Assembly (NCBI GenBank): GCA_964291405.2
Contig: OZ219926.1
Span: forward strand, 3,616,001 to 3,680,000
DNA length: 64,000 bases
Direction of reading: 5' to 3'
Source: Thermodesulfobacteriota bacterium
Lineage (GTDB): Bacteria > Desulfobacterota > Binatia > Bin18
Positions 44,087 through 54,350 of the stretch are shown here, one piece after another (position 1 is the first letter of the stretch; each line of letters starts with the position of its first letter). The position numbers and the translations under genes are program-made. The notes under the pieces were generated by a model. That model saw only the letters and a program-made list of their open reading frames with translations. It did no database searches and was not told the DNA's origin.

Positions 44087-46090
44087 CTACCCTCCAGCCA
44101 AATACGACCGTGCTCTTCCCAGCGCCATCAGCGGGAAGTAGTGCCGGTACAGATTGTAGTTGATCATAAATCCGCGCTGGAGTTCGGTACCCTGCATGAA
44201 GCGCCTTTTCATCTCCTGGACGTGCAGGTTCGTGCGTGCGCCCGTGCCGTAGCCGGGAAAGCCGGTTCCGGTGTAATAGGGTTCATCCCAGGTGCCGCCC
44301 TGTTGCGTGTGGAGCAGGTAGTCGAGCCCGGTATGAATCGCGTCGTCAAAATGATGATCCTCAATGGACAGCAGGGCCAGTAAGGCCCAGGCCGTCTGCG
44401 AGGCCGTGCTTGGCCCCGTGCCGCGCAAGCGGTCGTCCATATAGGACGCGCAGGTCTCACCCCATCCCCCGTCCGCGTTTTGATGCTCGGCCAGCCACTG
44501 ACCCGCCTTGTTCACATAGGCCGCGCTCATGTCTTGGCCGATGGCTCTCAAGGCCGGCAGGACTGCGGCGGTCCCATAGATATGATTGACCCCCCAGCGG
44601 CCGAACCAACTGCCTTCCGGCTCCTGCTCGGCCAGGACGTAATCGAGCGCACGGCGCAGGGCCGGGTGAGAGCTGTCATATCCGAGGACGCCAAAGGCTT
44701 CGAGCACATGCGCGGTGACATCAACGCTGGGCGGATCGAGCGCCTCGCCAAAATCGCAGAACGGAATCTTGGTTAGCAGGTCTTTATCGTTGTTCTTGTC
44801 AAACGCGCCCCAGCCGCCGTTGTCCGACTGCATGGCCAGGACCCAGGCCTTTGCACGTTCAATCGGCGCGTCAAAACGAGTGTCGCCAGGATTTTGCGCA
44901 CGGAGGTGGGCCAAGACAATCAGGGCCACCGCAGTGTCGTCCACGTCCGGATAGGCGGCGTTCTCATGCTCAAATGCCCAGCCGCCGGGACGGGCGGCGG
45001 GGACTTTGACCTGCCAGTCGCCGACCGTATCCACTTCCTTATTCAACACCCACCGGAGCGCCTGTTGCATGGGTTCCGACTGCTGTAACTGGAAACCGCA
45101 GTCGGTCAGAGCCAGCAGGGCCAGCAGGGTATCCCAGATGGGAGATTCGCTGGCCTGAATGTGCAAGCTGTCATCACGTTCATAGGACCAGTGATCATCA
45201 AGAGCGGATAGACCCTTGGCCATGACCGGATGCGACAGATGATAGCCCTCGACATTGAGGGCCATCAGGCTGTAAATCCACGGCGGCTGAATCCCACCCC
45301 AGGCCCCGTCCGCATCCTGGTGGCGAATAATCCATTCCACACTCTGTCGGATGGCGACCTCGCGACCGGGTATGACTCCGAGATTCTGATAGGCGTGCAG
45401 GAATTTGTCAGCCGCAAAAAAGAACGACTGCCACATACCGCTCCGGGCCGGCAGGTCGTAGTTCATGCGCTCGCGACCCTCGGGAAAAAGCTCGTCCAAG
45501 CGACAGTCCGGCGGCAGGGGACGGACCACGTGCCGGGCGGACAGAATGGTCAGCGGGAGAATCGTCGCCCGCGCCCAGGAGGCAAAATTATAGATGTTAA
45601 ACGGAAACCAGGTGGGGAAGAATATGACCTCGGGCGGCAGGTTGGGGGTCTTCTGCCAGGGCCATTCGCCGATCAGCGCAAACCAGTAGCGGGTAAACAC
45701 CCGCACCGCACTCAAGCCACCGTGGGCAAAGATCCACTCCCGGGCTCTGCGCAGGCGCTCGTCATCCGGGGCAAAGCCGTTCGCGCGCAGGGCTGCATAG
45801 CATTCAACCGTGGTGTTAATGTCTCCATCCGGGGCGTCGTAGTAAGTCTCCCACGAGCCGTCCTCGCGCTGGGCGTTGAGGACGGTCTGAACAATCTGCT
45901 GTTTGCGCGGGTGCTCATAGCTCAGGAAGTGCATGGCCAAAAGCCACTGCGCTTCCATACAGCAGTTGGATTCCAGCATTCCCACCCAGTAGCCGTCCTC
46001 GGCCTGGTCTCGATACAGCCAGGCCGTTGCGGCGTGAATGGCCTCATCGAGACGCGGCACGATATCGGACTCAGCAGCGACGGCAGGCAT
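44087..46090 (-). CDS. shc: Squalene-hopene cyclase
   Basis: QW repeats (QDADGAWGG, QNADGGWGE), DVDD catalytic motif, GTGFPG, YRHYFPLMALGR. Confidence 0.96.
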   Translation of the reverse strand: MPAVAAESDIVPRLDEAIHAATAWLYRDQAEDGYWVGMLESNCCMEAQWLLAMHFLSYEHPRKQQIVQTVLNAQREDGSWETYYDAPDGDINTTVECYAALRANGFAPDDERLRRAREWIFAHGGLSAVRVFTRYWFALIGEWPWQKTPNLPPEVIFFPTWFPFNIYNFASWARATILPLTILSARHVVRPLPPDCRLDELFPEGRERMNYDLPARSGMWQSFFFAADKFLHAYQNLGVIPGREVAIRQSVEWIIRHQDADGAWGGIQPPWIYSLMALNVEGYHLSHPVMAKGLSALDDHWSYERDDSLHIQASESPIWDTLLALLALTDCGFQLQQSEPMQQALRWVLNKEVDTVGDWQVKVPAARPGGWAFEHENAAYPDVDDTAVALIVLAHLRAQNPGDTRFDAPIERAKAWVLAMQSDNGGWGAFDKNNDKDLLTKIPFCDFGEALDPPSVDVTAHVLEAFGVLGYDSSHPALRRALDYVLAEQEPEGSWFGRWGVNHIYGTAAVLPALRAIGQDMSAAYVNKAGQWLAEHQNADGGWGETCASYMDDRLRGTGPSTASQTAWALLALLSIEDHHFDDAIHTGLDYLLHTQQGGTWDEPYYTGTGFPGYGTGARTNLHVQEMKRRFMQGTELQRGFMINYNLYRHYFPLMALGRARSYLAGG

Positions 46091-46282
46091 CGTGATTCCA
46101 CCCCCAGTTTGATCGGTCAGCAAAATGCGAATTATGACATAGCCGTCTGGAGGCTACCAGCACTCAAGACGGCTGTTCGAAGACGCCAACTCCTCTGCGG
46201 AATGGGGCGACCGCGGAGTGTGATGATCTTGCTTCTGCAGAGTAATCCGACGTAACATGCCAGGCGCAGAAAAGGGGGGATT

Positions 46283-47110
46283 ATGACCCGAGCCGCACGA
46301 GAAGCATTCGAGCCGTATCGGTTTCAGACGCGCAATATCAACGAAGGCGAGAATAAGGCGCACACCAGAGAAGGCGCTCAGGCGCTTGGTTTTCGTGGCT
46401 CCATCGTTGGTGGGGCGATTGTGTATGGCCAGATGATTCGCCCGCTCATTGAGCGCTATGGCGAAGCCTGGCTGGGCTGTCACTGGTTTGATTTACGCTT
46501 TACGGCACCGGCTTTTGATGAAGATTGGATCACGTCTCACATTACGCCAGATGCGGAGAGCGACCAGCCGCACGCCTTCTCTGTCCGAGCCAGCAATGAA
46601 GAAGGTCAGGAGCTGATTGTCATGCGGACGCATATGCCTGACAGCCCTCCACCGGTTGATGCGCTGGCGTCGCTGGAGCCTCTTGATTGGGAGGGGGAGC
46701 GGGAGTTGGGTACCTGGGAGCGCATGGAACTCAACACACCGTTTCGTCGCTTTCGCTGGAGGCTCACCATGTCTCAGCATCTCTCGTACTGCGACAAAAC
46801 AAACGAAGCGTTGGAGATATTCCGGCAGGGTGATACTCCACCCGTCCACCCCGGCCTGGTGATGGCTCACGGCAGCTTTGCTGTCCAGAACCAGTTCAAG
46901 ATGCCGTTTTGGATACACGCCGGCAGCACGCTGCTGACCCGTGGCCTGATCCGCGTGGGTGATAAGGTGGAACTGCGCTGTGTACCTATTGAAAAATGGA
47001 AGCGCGGAGAAAACGAGTGGGTCAAATTTTATCAAGTGTATATCGTGAACGATCAACCCGTGGTTGAGGTCTGGAAGTCCTCAATCATAAAATTCGTCCC
47101 GCGTGGCTGA
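46283..47110 (+). CDS. Double hot-dog (MaoC-like) dehydratase/thioesterase family protein
   Basis: ENKAH....A..LGFRG..VGG..VYG; WIHAGS. Confidence 0.65.
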   Translation: MTRAAREAFEPYRFQTRNINEGENKAHTREGAQALGFRGSIVGGAIVYGQMIRPLIERYGEAWLGCHWFDLRFTAPAFDEDWITSHITPDAESDQPHAFSVRASNEEGQELIVMRTHMPDSPPPVDALASLEPLDWEGERELGTWERMELNTPFRRFRWRLTMSQHLSYCDKTNEALEIFRQGDTPPVHPGLVMAHGSFAVQNQFKMPFWIHAGSTLLTRGLIRVGDKVELRCVPIEKWKRGENEWVKFYQVYIVNDQPVVEVWKSSIIKFVPRG

Positions 47111-47139
47111 GTGACGCAATACGCCTGGTAAAGCAAAGC

Positions 47140-47874
47140 CTACGATCCTCGCTCTTCATCATCGTCCCGCACGGCATGGACAATGTGCAGGCCGACCAGG
47201 CGGGCGACCAGGATAGCGATATACAGCTGGCCCATGACCGCCTCGAAGGCGGCCAGGTTCCGCGCCAGCGGAGTCACCGGCGTAATATCCCCGTACCCGA
47301 GCGTCGTAAGCGTGACCAGGCTGTAGTACATGAAAACGGACAGGCGACGGACCTCCATGGCCGCGAGGTCAATAGGATCGGCCGAAAGCTCCGGAAGATT
47401 GAAAGACCCTGGTTGGAGCACCTCAAGCAGGTCAAACAGGAATGCCCAGGCCAGACCGACCAGCATATAGACACACACCGCGCCATTGACGATGTCTCCG
47501 GTCACGCGGGCCGGGCGCAGCACGTTGAGGAGAATCGCCACTGCCGTAAAGGCTAGAAAGAGGAAGCCGAAACAGTGGCTGAAGACGGACAGCCAGTCGG
47601 TATATACCGCGTATGAGGCCCACCGTCCGGCTATGGCCGGAACGGCCAGGATCACTGCGACGAGCAGTACCTTTTTGCTGCGATGCACATCATAGGTGAC
47701 GACCAACAGGGTGGTGGAGACCAGCAGGTCAAGCAGAATCAGACCCGGACGACTTGAAAAGAATTCCTGAACGAACGGATTGATAATATACAGCGAGAGT
47801 AGCGTGACCAGCAGCACCGCATGCCGAGGCTCTCGGGCCGCCGGTTTCCTTGATGATATAAGCGACTCTGGCAT
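47140..47874 (-). CDS. Potassium-channel family (Ion_trans_2) membrane protein
   Basis: YYSLVTLTTLGYGDITP selectivity filter; GQLY.AILVARLVG. Confidence 0.92.
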   Translation of the reverse strand: MPESLISSRKPAAREPRHAVLLVTLLSLYIINPFVQEFFSSRPGLILLDLLVSTTLLVVTYDVHRSKKVLLVAVILAVPAIAGRWASYAVYTDWLSVFSHCFGFLFLAFTAVAILLNVLRPARVTGDIVNGAVCVYMLVGLAWAFLFDLLEVLQPGSFNLPELSADPIDLAAMEVRRLSVFMYYSLVTLTTLGYGDITPVTPLARNLAAFEAVMGQLYIAILVARLVGLHIVHAVRDDDEERGS

Positions 47875-47950
47875 CGAATCCGTCCGTGCTTTAGGCTATG
47901 ACATTGCCAGCAAAAAAGACAGCAAAAAACAGAAGACGAGGAGCTGAACC

Positions 47951-48289
47951 GTGCAGTGTCCAAAATGTCCCAACAGCCCCTTGGTTGCAACGCAGGTGCA
48001 GGCCACTCAAGTGGACCGCTGTAAGGCGTGTGGGGGGATTTGGTTTGACAATCACGAACTTATCTTGCTGCTGCATGAAAGCATATCCGACCTTGCGACC
48101 CTGCGAGGGAAAAGCACTCCACGGGGAGTCAACCAGAAGCATGGCCGGTGTCCGCGCGACAACGCCGAACTGCTGCGCGTGTCAAGCGCACTTGGCCGCT
48201 CGGTCATTCTCGATACCTGTCCCGAGTGCCGGGGAATTTGGCTGGACGGCGGAGAATTTGACACCCTGCTAAAAAGTGTGGCGCGATAA
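47951..48289 (+). CDS. Double zf-TFIIB zinc-ribbon protein
   Basis: CPKC...DRC..CGGIWFD..EL and CP...D.CPECRGIWLDGGE. Confidence 0.88.
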   Translation: MQCPKCPNSPLVATQVQATQVDRCKACGGIWFDNHELILLLHESISDLATLRGKSTPRGVNQKHGRCPRDNAELLRVSSALGRSVILDTCPECRGIWLDGGEFDTLLKSVAR

Positions 48290-48294
48290 CGAAG

Positions 48295-48672
48295 ATGGAT
48301 ATGGTTTTCCTTGCCATAGCACTCTCTGTTCTGCTCATCGGTTTCGGCTTATGGGGTATTATGAAACCGGCCACGCTTCTGGCCTTTCTTGCCCGCTGGC
48401 AAACTCGTGAGGGACTCTGGGTAGGGGCGGCCATCCGGCTCATGTTCGGGCTTGCTCTATGGTTTGCTGCCCCCCTCTCACGTTTCCCAACCACCTTACA
48501 TGTAGTCGGCGTGATATTCATTGTGGCGGGCATCGCCATGCCGTTCATCGGACTGGTTCGTTTCACGAGCATGGTTGCCTGGTGGCTCAACAAACCGCCC
48601 TCCTTCACCCGCGTTTGGGCGGTGGCTACGCTTGCCCTGGGAGTATTCTTTGTCTGGGCTGTTGTGGGCTGA
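48295..48672 (+). CDS. Small multi-TM membrane protein
   Basis: Four hydrophobic segments; begins 5 nt after the preceding stop. Confidence 0.75.
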   Translation: MDMVFLAIALSVLLIGFGLWGIMKPATLLAFLARWQTREGLWVGAAIRLMFGLALWFAAPLSRFPTTLHVVGVIFIVAGIAMPFIGLVRFTSMVAWWLNKPPSFTRVWAVATLALGVFFVWAVVG

Positions 48673-48756
48673 GCTAAGTGGTGGAACGTTCTATTGAGGA
48701 GCGAACGCTGGGTTCAGCGCTGCTGTCCAAAAGGTCTGAGGATCAAGGCCCGGGCC

Positions 48757-49206
48757 TCATCCTCCTTCGTCTTGGACATACGCCTCCTGTAACAGCTCGC
48801 CCTCCGTGGCTTCATGTTGGCGGAGCTGGTCGAACAGGCGCTCGACTTTCTCACGAATGGGAAGGAATTGCTGACGACTTGACCCCGCCATCCCTTTCAG
48901 CTCACCGATAGCCTGACCCAGTTGAGCCGATATGGTCTCGTGTTCCGCCTCCAGCCTGTTCACCGCTTGGTGATGTTGCGGTGCGACTTCCAGGACACTG
49001 CCCAGAAATCCCCCTTCCTCTTCCAGGTCAAAATGCTTGTGCAGGTCGTTGGAAAAATCCCGCAGTGCCCAGAGCAGTTCAAGTCGCCAGCTCGAAAAGT
49101 CCGCCTGAGGTACCTCCTTGGAGAGTAAGGCGGTAATTGTGCCAATGTCCGCCTTGAGGGCGGCGTGTTGTTGCCGAAGCTTTGTCCCGACGTCTTGGGA
49201 TTCCAT
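48757..49206 (-). CDS. Hemerythrin/HHE-domain protein
   Basis: QH, HFDLEE, EH, HEATE. Confidence 0.85.
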   Translation of the reverse strand: MESQDVGTKLRQQHAALKADIGTITALLSKEVPQADFSSWRLELLWALRDFSNDLHKHFDLEEEGGFLGSVLEVAPQHHQAVNRLEAEHETISAQLGQAIGELKGMAGSSRQQFLPIREKVERLFDQLRQHEATEGELLQEAYVQDEGG

Positions 49207-49381
49207 CAGAATCTCCTCTTCTTCTCTGTGGCTTTTTCCTTATCTCATAACCACCCCTCACACCAGACCATGCTGAGCGGCTTTTTCCACTGCTTCAACG
49301 GTTAGAAGCCCGTCCTCCGACTGATAGAGACTCCCTTGCCAGGAGGTTTGCCTGTCCGATAGTATCCGGTGCCACGACCTT

Positions 49382-49465
49382 GCCGGGATGGCGGAATTGG
49401 CAGACGCAGTGGACTCAAAATCCACCGCTGGCGACAGCGTGCGAGTTCGAGTCTCGCTCCCGGCA
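49382..49465 (+). tRNA. tRNA-Leu (anticodon CAA); CCA end not encoded
   Basis: Acceptor stem GCCGGGA/TCCCGGC, D-loop GGAATTGGCAGAC, anticodon arm GTGGA-CTCAAAA-TCCAC, long variable arm, GTTCGAGT. Confidence 0.97.
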
Positions 49466-49523
49466 TATTCCTCTGAATTCTCCAACCCTTGTATGTTAAC
49501 GTAGAGAGGCAAGGGAGCAAAAA

Positions 49524-49617
49524 ATCCCCTCCTCGGAGGGGTGGCCCGAAGGGCCGGGGTGGGTTTTCCCAGGTATGTCCCATTCGTAGAACCCACCCCG
49601 CCGCTGCGCGGCACCCC
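49524..49617. repeat. Inverted REP doublet
   Basis: CCCCTCCTCGGAGGGGTGGCC...GGGGTGGGTT / AACCCACCCC...GCGGCACCCC. Confidence 0.8.
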
Positions 49618-49693
49618 AAAAGCAGGAGGTTGTCTCTGCGCCGGTTTTACTGTAGGCAAAGAGCCTGTTTTTCTACCGATCTGAGGGTGCGTT

Positions 49694-51361
49694 ATGAGCA
49701 ATGCAAAGACGGTGACAACAGCCCGGAACGCCTGGGAGGACTCCGTTCTCAAGAAGGCTCTGTCGCGGTCTGCGGAGCGTAAGGAACGCTTTGAGACCAC
49801 GTCGGGCATAGAGATCAAGCGGGTGTATACCAGCGAGGATACCCAGGACGGCGACTACCAGGAAAAGCTCGACTTTCCCGGCCAGTATCCCTTTACCCGC
49901 GGCGTTCAGCCCACCATGTATCGCGGTCGTTTCTGGACCATGCGCCAGTACGCCGGTTTTGGCACGGCCGAGGAGTCCAATCAGCGCTACCGCTACCTGC
50001 TTGGGCAGGGCCAGACCGGCCTGTCCGTGGCCTTTGATTTACCGACGCAGATGGGCCGGGATTCCGACCACGCCATGGCCGCCGGAGAAGTCGGGCGGGC
50101 CGGTGTGGCCATCGACTCGTTGGCGGACATGGAAACCCTGCTGGACGGTATTCCGCTGGACAAGGTCAGCACCTCCATGACCATCAACGCCACCGCGTCC
50201 ATTTTGCTGGCGCTCTACCTGGTGGTAGCGGAAAAACAGGGCGTTGGCTGGGATAAGGTCAACGGCACCATTCAGAACGATCTGCTCAAAGAATACATCG
50301 CTCGCGGCACGTATATTTATCCGCCCGGTCCGTCCCTGCGGATCATCACGGATATTTTCGGCTTTTGTGCCGACCAAGTGCCGAACTGGAACACGATTTC
50401 GATCTCCGGCTACCACATTCGCGAGGCCGGCTCGACCGCAGCCCAGGAAATTGCATTCACCCTGGCCGACGGGATCGCCTATGTTGAAGCCGCGCAGTCC
50501 GTTGGCCTCGATGTCGATAAGTTTGCTTCCCGACTGTCGTTCTTTTTCAATGTGCATAATAATTTCTTTGAGGAGGTGGCCAAGTTCCGGGCGGCCCGGC
50601 GGTTGTGGGCCAAGATCATGAAGGAGCGCTTTGAGGCCAAAAACCCGCGCTCGTGGATGCTGCGTACCCATGCCCAAACCGCAGGTTCGACGCTGACCGC
50701 CCAGCAGCCGGACAATAATGTCATCCGTGTGACCCTTCAGGCTCTGGCCGCAGCTCTGGGCGGGACCAACTCGCTGCATACCAACTCAAAGGACGAGGCC
50801 CTGGCGCTGCCTACCGAAGACGCCGTGCGGGTTGCGCTCCGTACCCAGCAGGTTATCGCCCACGAGTCCGGGGCTGGGGATACCATTGATCCCCTGGCGG
50901 GCTCGTATTTTATCGAGTCCCTGACGGACGAGCTGGAGACCAAGGCGGTCGAGTATATCGAGCGGATCGACAAGCTGGGCGGAGCCGTCCAGGCCATTGA
51001 GAACGGCTATCAGCAGCGCGAGATTCACGACGCCGCGTTCCGCTATCAACAGGCGATTGAAACCAAGCAACAGATCATTGTGGGGGTGAACGAGTTCACG
51101 GTCGAGGAAGACCACCACGACGAACTGCTGAAAGTCGACTTGGCCCTGGAGGAACGCCAGAAGGAACGGGTGGCCGGGGTACGCGCCGAGCGCAACCAAG
51201 CCGCGGCCCAGGCTGCGCTCGACCAAGTCGGACAGGTGGCGCGGGATGGGGGCAATCTGATGCCGGCGATTATCGATGCCGTGCGGGCCTACGTCACCCT
51301 GGGTGAGATCTCGGACGCGATGCGCAACGAGTTTGGCGAATATCGACCGCCGACATTCTAA
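49694..51361 (+). CDS. Methylmalonyl-CoA mutase, stand-alone substrate-binding subunit
   Basis: [45 protein letters not shown]; no DxHxxG B12 domain. Confidence 0.93.
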   Translation: MSNAKTVTTARNAWEDSVLKKALSRSAERKERFETTSGIEIKRVYTSEDTQDGDYQEKLDFPGQYPFTRGVQPTMYRGRFWTMRQYAGFGTAEESNQRYRYLLGQGQTGLSVAFDLPTQMGRDSDHAMAAGEVGRAGVAIDSLADMETLLDGIPLDKVSTSMTINATASILLALYLVVAEKQGVGWDKVNGTIQNDLLKEYIARGTYIYPPGPSLRIITDIFGFCADQVPNWNTISISGYHIREAGSTAAQEIAFTLADGIAYVEAAQSVGLDVDKFASRLSFFFNVHNNFFEEVAKFRAARRLWAKIMKERFEAKNPRSWMLRTHAQTAGSTLTAQQPDNNVIRVTLQALAAALGGTNSLHTNSKDEALALPTEDAVRVALRTQQVIAHESGAGDTIDPLAGSYFIESLTDELETKAVEYIERIDKLGGAVQAIENGYQQREIHDAAFRYQQAIETKQQIIVGVNEFTVEEDHHDELLKVDLALEERQKERVAGVRAERNQAAAQAALDQVGQVARDGGNLMPAIIDAVRAYVTLGEISDAMRNEFGEYRPPTF

Positions 51362-51399
51362 GACATGCGCGCTCTGCGCATACGAACAGGAGGGGAGCC

Positions 51400-52482
51400 A
51401 TGAAGGGAACTGTCAGTTTTATTCCCAAGGCACGAACCATAGAGTTTTTTGAGTACGACCTGCCGGAGGTCGAAGAGGGCGCTATTCTGGCCGAGGTGAG
51501 TCGGACCAATGTGTGTGGCTCTGAGGTCCATATGTGGCGCGGCGAGTTCGGCAGGCGAGGAGTCATGCCTGGCCATGAAATGGTGGGCCAGGTGTATAAG
51601 CTGGGCAAGGGCGTCACCCACGATACGGCCGGTCAACCCTTAAAAGAGGGCGACCGGATTGCGCCGGTCTATTACGAGACCTGCGGCAACTGTGTGAACT
51701 GTCGGGCCGGAAACGCGGCCGCCTGCGTGGTGCTGGGCATTCGCGCCCGGCGGGTCGGGCCGCACGACCCGCCGCATTTTCACACGCCGTTTGCCACGCA
51801 TTACTACATCCATCCCGGTCAGCACGTCTACAAAGTGCCCGACAACGTGCCCGACCACGCCGCTTCGGCAGCCAACTGTGCCTTGTCCGAGGTTTTCTTT
51901 GGGCTGGATCAAGCCCGGCTCAGCTATGAAGAGACCCTGGTGGTACAGGGTGCCGGCGGCCTCGGCCTGCATGCCATGGCCGTGGCAAAAGCCCGGGGCG
52001 CGCGGGTCATTGCCATTGACGGTGTGGACCTGCGTCTCCAGCGGGCCAAAGCCTTTGGTGCGGACGAGATCGTTGACATGCGCGAGCATACCGACACCAA
52101 AGCGCGGGTCGGGCAGGTGCGAGAGCTGACCGCCGGCCTTGGCGCTGATGTGGTCCTGGAAGTAGCCGGCGTGCCCCAGGCATTTCTGGAAGCCATCAAT
52201 CTGGTGCGCAGCGGTGGGCGGGTCATTGAGATCGGCAATATCTCCCCTGGGCTGACCGTCGAGGTCCCGCCGGCCCTCATTACCTTCAAGTCGCCCCAGA
52301 TCATTGGCGTGGCCACCTATAACCCGCACTACCTGCACAAGGCGCTGAACTTTCTGTCCGCGCATATTGATACCTATCCCTATCACGAGATGGTGGACGC
52401 CGAGTTCCCACTTGCGCAAGCGGGCGAAGCCATGGAAAAATCAGACCGCAAGGAAATTACCCGCGCCTCGCTGCTGCCGTAG
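51400..52482 (+). CDS. Zinc-binding alcohol dehydrogenase (MDR family)
   Basis: CGSE.H, GHE..G, CGNCVNC..C, GAGGLG. Confidence 0.92.
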   Translation: MKGTVSFIPKARTIEFFEYDLPEVEEGAILAEVSRTNVCGSEVHMWRGEFGRRGVMPGHEMVGQVYKLGKGVTHDTAGQPLKEGDRIAPVYYETCGNCVNCRAGNAAACVVLGIRARRVGPHDPPHFHTPFATHYYIHPGQHVYKVPDNVPDHAASAANCALSEVFFGLDQARLSYEETLVVQGAGGLGLHAMAVAKARGARVIAIDGVDLRLQRAKAFGADEIVDMREHTDTKARVGQVRELTAGLGADVVLEVAGVPQAFLEAINLVRSGGRVIEIGNISPGLTVEVPPALITFKSPQIIGVATYNPHYLHKALNFLSAHIDTYPYHEMVDAEFPLAQAGEAMEKSDRKEITRASLLP

Positions 52483-52507
52483 CCGCGATTCGCGCGTGGA
52501 GGAAGGC

Positions 52508-52888
52508 ATGAAAGACGCACTCAGAACTGGCATGATCTTTGAGCAGACCATTACCACCACGCCTGAGATGGGCATCGTGCATCTCGGGCCGGACGCGCCG
52601 CGCATGTATTCCACGCCGGCCATGATTCAGCTGATGGAAGGCACCTGCGTGCGGTTTCTCACCCCCTACATGAACGAGGGCGAACAGACGGTCGGCTTCC
52701 ACGTGGATGTCCACCATCTGGCGCCTACCCAGATCGGCCAGCGGGTGACCGGCCGGGTCCGCCTGGATGAAATCAAGGGCCGGCGGCTCAAGTTCACGGT
52801 TGAGGTATACAACGAGGATGCCACCAAGATTGGTGAAGGCCTGCACGAGCGCGCGGTGATCGATATCAACCGTTTCTCCAAGTCCTAA
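52508..52888 (+). CDS. FlK-like (fluoroacetyl-CoA) hot-dog thioesterase
   Basis: STPAMIQLME, TVG...DVHHLAPT, GLHERAVI. Confidence 0.88.
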   Translation: MKDALRTGMIFEQTITTTPEMGIVHLGPDAPRMYSTPAMIQLMEGTCVRFLTPYMNEGEQTVGFHVDVHHLAPTQIGQRVTGRVRLDEIKGRRLKFTVEVYNEDATKIGEGLHERAVIDINRFSKS

Positions 52889-52966
52889 TCTTCATCCCCT
52901 CCCGAGAAGGGATTGGGGTGGTGATGTATCGTTTTGCCTATTCTCCCTCACCACGGCCCTCTCTCC

Positions 52967-53290
52967 CTATCGGACCTGCGAGCCGACCCGGACTCGTTTC
53001 TCCGGGCGTAGGACAATGACCTGCCCGCCATCCGAGGCGGCCAGGAGCATGCCCTGGCTCTCGACCCCGCGCAGTTTTGCCGGCTGAAGATTGGCCACTA
53101 CAACAAGCTGTCGCCCGACGAGTTCCTCCGGGCTGTAATGCGCCCGGATGCCCGCCACGAGTTGGCGTTCTGTTTCTTCGCCAATATCGACCGTGAGGAC
53201 TAGCAGGCGGTCGGCATTCGGGTGGGGCTTTGCCGATGTGACGGTTCCCACCCGCAAATCCATTTTGCTGAACTCTTCAATCGTGACCAT
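52967..53290 (-). CDS. tRNA-binding OB-fold protein (MetG beta subunit / Trbp111-like)
   Basis: IEEFSKMDLRVG, HPNADRLL, ANL.PAKLRGVESQGMLLAA. Confidence 0.92.
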   Translation of the reverse strand: MVTIEEFSKMDLRVGTVTSAKPHPNADRLLVLTVDIGEETERQLVAGIRAHYSPEELVGRQLVVVANLQPAKLRGVESQGMLLAASDGGQVIVLRPEKRVRVGSQVR

Positions 53291-53361
53291 ACGACTCCGC
53301 TCCTTTTTGAAATGCGTGTCACTATAGCTGGGTCAGAAGAAAGAGCAACGAGGGGAAGTTG

Positions 53362-53762
53362 CCCTCAGCCCTCTCCCTCCAGACGTGTGCTGCAAATTAC
53401 ATTACTCGGCGGCCCCCGCTCCCCTGCGCCGTTCCGGTCTGCGACAGGGGGCCAGGAGTGCGGGCTTCCAGCCCGCAAGCGGCCAAGATGGCCGCTCTCC
53501 CAGGAAGCGTGAGGGCGAGCGGCCCGAGGCGGGGCCGCCGGACCGGTCCCGGGAGGCTCACGCCACAATATGCATCACACGTTCCAGGGGAGAGGGAGTA
53601 GAGAATCTCCTCCTTGGAGGGAAAGAGAAAACGTGTCCTCCAAACAGCCCTCAAGGCGGGACACATTTCCTCTTTGTGCTGCGCAGCGGCGGGGTGGGTT
53701 GTGTGTGCAGGTACGATCAAGGAACCCCCCCGGCCTTCGGCCACCCCTCCCGAGAGGGGATA
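53362..53762. repeat. Cluster of REP-like hairpins
   Basis: CCCTCTCCC/GGGAGAGGG hairpin (interrupted), CTCCTTGGAG, GGGGTGGGTT, GGCCTTCGGCCACCCCTCCCGAGAGGGG. Confidence 0.75.
53383..53582. mobile_element. 200-bp MITE, copy 2
   Basis: Ends ACGTGTGCTGCA / TGCATCACACGT; flanked by TCCAG direct repeat. Confidence 0.85.
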
Positions 53763-53768
53763 AGCATT

Positions 53769-53797
53769 TTGACTTTTCCACGGGAGACAGCCATAAT
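53769..53797 (+). promoter_or_regulatory. Sigma70-type promoter
   Basis: TTGACT, 17 nt, CATAAT upstream of the JAB gene. Confidence 0.55.
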
Positions 53798-53830
53798 CCG
53801 GGGGTTACGCGACGAGAAGGAAACGCTGGA

Positions 53831-54298
53831 GTGGTACAGCTCACGCCCGAGACACACGCGGCCCTGAGTCAGCACGCGCAGGAGACTTTTCCGGAGGAGT
53901 GCTGTGGAGCTGTTATGCGGGTGGACGGACGTGAGGAAGTCCGCCGTATTGCCAATATTCAAAATGCCATGCATGCCAAGGACCCGCACACCTATCCGCG
54001 GGATGCCACGATTGCGTATCTCATGGAACCCAAAGAACTGCTGGCCGTGCTCAAAGCGATTGATGCCGGGGCCGAGCTGACGGCATTCTACCATTCCCAT
54101 CCCAACCATGACGCCTATTTTTCCGCTGAAGATAAAGCCCAAGCCATGTTCGGGGACGAACCGTCCTACCCGGATGCCTCGTATCTGGTGATCTCCATCT
54201 ATGAGCGTGAGGTCAGAACCATCAAGGCGTTTGGTTGGGACGACACCAGCCAGGATTTTGTTGAAACCGAGTGTCATGTCTTGGAGGAAAACGGGTAG
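53831..54298 (+). CDS. JAB/Mov34 (JAMM, M67) metallopeptidase, Mec-like
   Basis: PEECCG; YHSHP.....FS..D JAMM motif; GTG start. Confidence 0.9.
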   Translation: MVQLTPETHAALSQHAQETFPEECCGAVMRVDGREEVRRIANIQNAMHAKDPHTYPRDATIAYLMEPKELLAVLKAIDAGAELTAFYHSHPNHDAYFSAEDKAQAMFGDEPSYPDASYLVISIYEREVRTIKAFGWDDTSQDFVETECHVLEENG

Positions 54299-54350
54299 AG
54301 CTTCCGCCTGCTCCAGCCCAAGGAAGGGAATGTAAAAAGGAGAGAACAGC

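Noticed and set aside
49382-49465. tRNA-Leu as the attachment site of an integrated island
   Set aside because: No duplicate of the tRNA 3' end was noticed, no integrase is present, and housekeeping-type genes follow.
53359-53867. Short ORFs over the REP/MITE cluster (also 32915-33151 and 49489-49782)
   Set aside because: Translations of non-coding repeats; the same pseudo-peptide appears at both MITE copies.
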